64,000 bases of DNA from Pavona decussata (taxonomy: Eukaryota), in assembly GCA_977016875.1 (NCBI GenBank), contig CDRNST010000049.1:868001-932000 (forward strand). Reading direction: 5' to 3'. The notes under the pieces are model-generated. The model was not told the DNA's origin, made no database searches, and worked only from the letters and a program-made list of their open reading frames with translations. The position numbers and the translations under genes are program-made. How positions within the stretch are numbered: position 1 is the first letter of the stretch; the number at the start of each line of letters is the position of its first letter. Shown here piece by piece: positions 63,891 through 64,000 of this stretch.

Positions 63891-64000
63891 TTATTTGACC
63901 ACATTTTTTTTTTGTATGATTTATCAATGAAACTGGACATAAATGAAACAAATTCACGTTTAGTTATGTCTTCAAAGACGCTCACAAGACCATAATTTCA

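Overview
AT-rich, repeat-dense animal genomic DNA. The repeat families and gene content suggest a cnidarian, probably a stony coral (inference). About 6-44.5 kb is a tandem array of four intronless minus-strand TRIM-NHL E3-ligase genes (RING, two B-boxes, coiled coil, filamin, six NHL repeats) in duplicated blocks. One copy is intact (32214-34451), one has an in-frame TGA at a B-box Cys, one is frameshifted in the NHL domain, and one is an NHL-only derivative made by two microhomology deletions. RING/B-box regions are nearly identical between copies, while the NHL residues expected on the propeller's binding face differ in almost every blade. This resembles a diversifying innate-recognition family and is the main candidate for an undescribed system. 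The intergenic DNA carries many block-specific insertions, often with an empty site visible in a paralogous block. These include a Penelope retroelement with inverted pLTRs and hammerhead ribozymes, a foldback element, Kolobok and Crypton remnants, LINE fragments, SINEs and MITEs. A separate solo hammerhead lies at 44.7 kb. From 49.9 kb to the end is the 3' part of a spliced supervillin gene (minus strand) with a candidate 30-nt microexon. There is one assembly gap (25968-26140).
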